Source: an uncultured Eubacteriales bacterium (GTDB lineage Bacteria > Bacillota > Clostridia > Oscillospirales > CAG-382). From it: a stretch of DNA of 64,000 nt. Below are positions 63,580-64,000 of this stretch, piece by piece. Position 1 is the first letter of the stretch. Each line of letters starts with the position of its first letter. The translations under genes were made by a program, and so were the position numbers. Under the pieces are notes generated by a model. It searched no databases. It saw only the letters and a program-made list of their open reading frames with translations, and was not told where the DNA came from. Location: assembly GCA_900548115.1 (NCBI GenBank), contig URJL01000004.1:7101-71100 (forward strand). The letters run 5' to 3'.

Positions 63580-64000
63580 ATGTATAAAATTTTTATAGTG
63601 GAGGATGACCCCGGCATTGCCGAGGCTATAGCCCGTCAGGCGGCCGCATGGGGCTATGAGACCCGCACGGTCGAGAATTTCAGAGCCGTCACAAGCGAAT
63701 TTGCGGAGTTTCGCCCGCACATAGTCCTGCTCGATATCACCCTGCCGTTCTTTAACGGCTTTCATTGGTGCTCCGAGATACGTCGGCTTTCCAGTGTGCC
63801 GATAATCTTTATTTCCTCCGCGGCGGATAATATGAATATCGTCATGGCCATGAATATGGGCGCCGACGATTTTATCGCAAAACCCTTTGATATGAATGTG
63901 CTTATCGCCAAGATCCAGGCGCTGCTGCGGCGTACATATGACTTTGCCGAGAGCGCTCCCGTGCTGGAGCACCGAGGCGCTTTCCTCGACACGGGCGATA
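63580..64000 (+). CDS. OmpR-family response regulator, 5' partial (runs off the window)
   Basis: MYKIFIVEDDPGIA...VLLDITLPFFNGF...GADDFIAKPF receiver domain. Absent from the ORF track because no stop codon is reached. Confidence 0.75.
   Translation, partial: MYKIFIVEDDPGIAEAIARQAAAWGYETRTVENFRAVTSEFAEFRPHIVLLDITLPFFNGFHWCSEIRRLSSVPIIFISSAADNMNIVMAMNMGADDFIAKPFDMNVLIAKIQALLRRTYDFAESAPVLEHRGAFLDTGD

Overview
Chromosomal window from a spore-forming Firmicutes/Clostridia-type organism (cotJABC and spoIIID are present). No rRNA, tRNA or CRISPR array was seen.

(1) 1-37 kb is a glycan-utilisation neighbourhood. It holds a GH27 alpha-galactosidase, galT, a GH30 enzyme, a GH28-like beta-helix protein, two AraC regulators, an MBOAT+DHHW O-acyltransferase pair, several SGNH esterases, feoAB, a MATE pump and a decayed IS3 copy. 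It is dominated by a 10.7-kb gene for a ~3,560-aa secreted protein with NPCBM-like, Big_2, GH97-like and three SGNH modules.

(2) 37.3-46.6 kb is the main finding. In the cotJABC spore-coat operon, cotJC is split by an 8,225-bp AT-rich element. The element carries ktrBA, a kdpD/kdpE-like two-component system, gene debris and, at its right end, a 521-aa large serine recombinase. This is the layout of a skin-like, presumably developmentally excised, sporulation-gene intervening element. The junctions, inner inverted repeats and the likely crossover dinucleotide can be read directly from the sequence.

(3) 46.7-64 kb holds yajC, lipoproteins, an iolG-like dehydrogenase, spoIIID with a sigmaE-like promoter, a BMP-type nucleoside ABC transporter, xpt, a cell-wall amidase, sdaAB/sdaAA and a partial response regulator. 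It also contains a low-GC islet encoding a DNRLRE/ricin protein with a Cys-His C-terminal domain plus a lipoprotein.

The two flanks of the intervening element appear to use different codon dialects. This may mean a chimeric assembly or a recombination event through the element.
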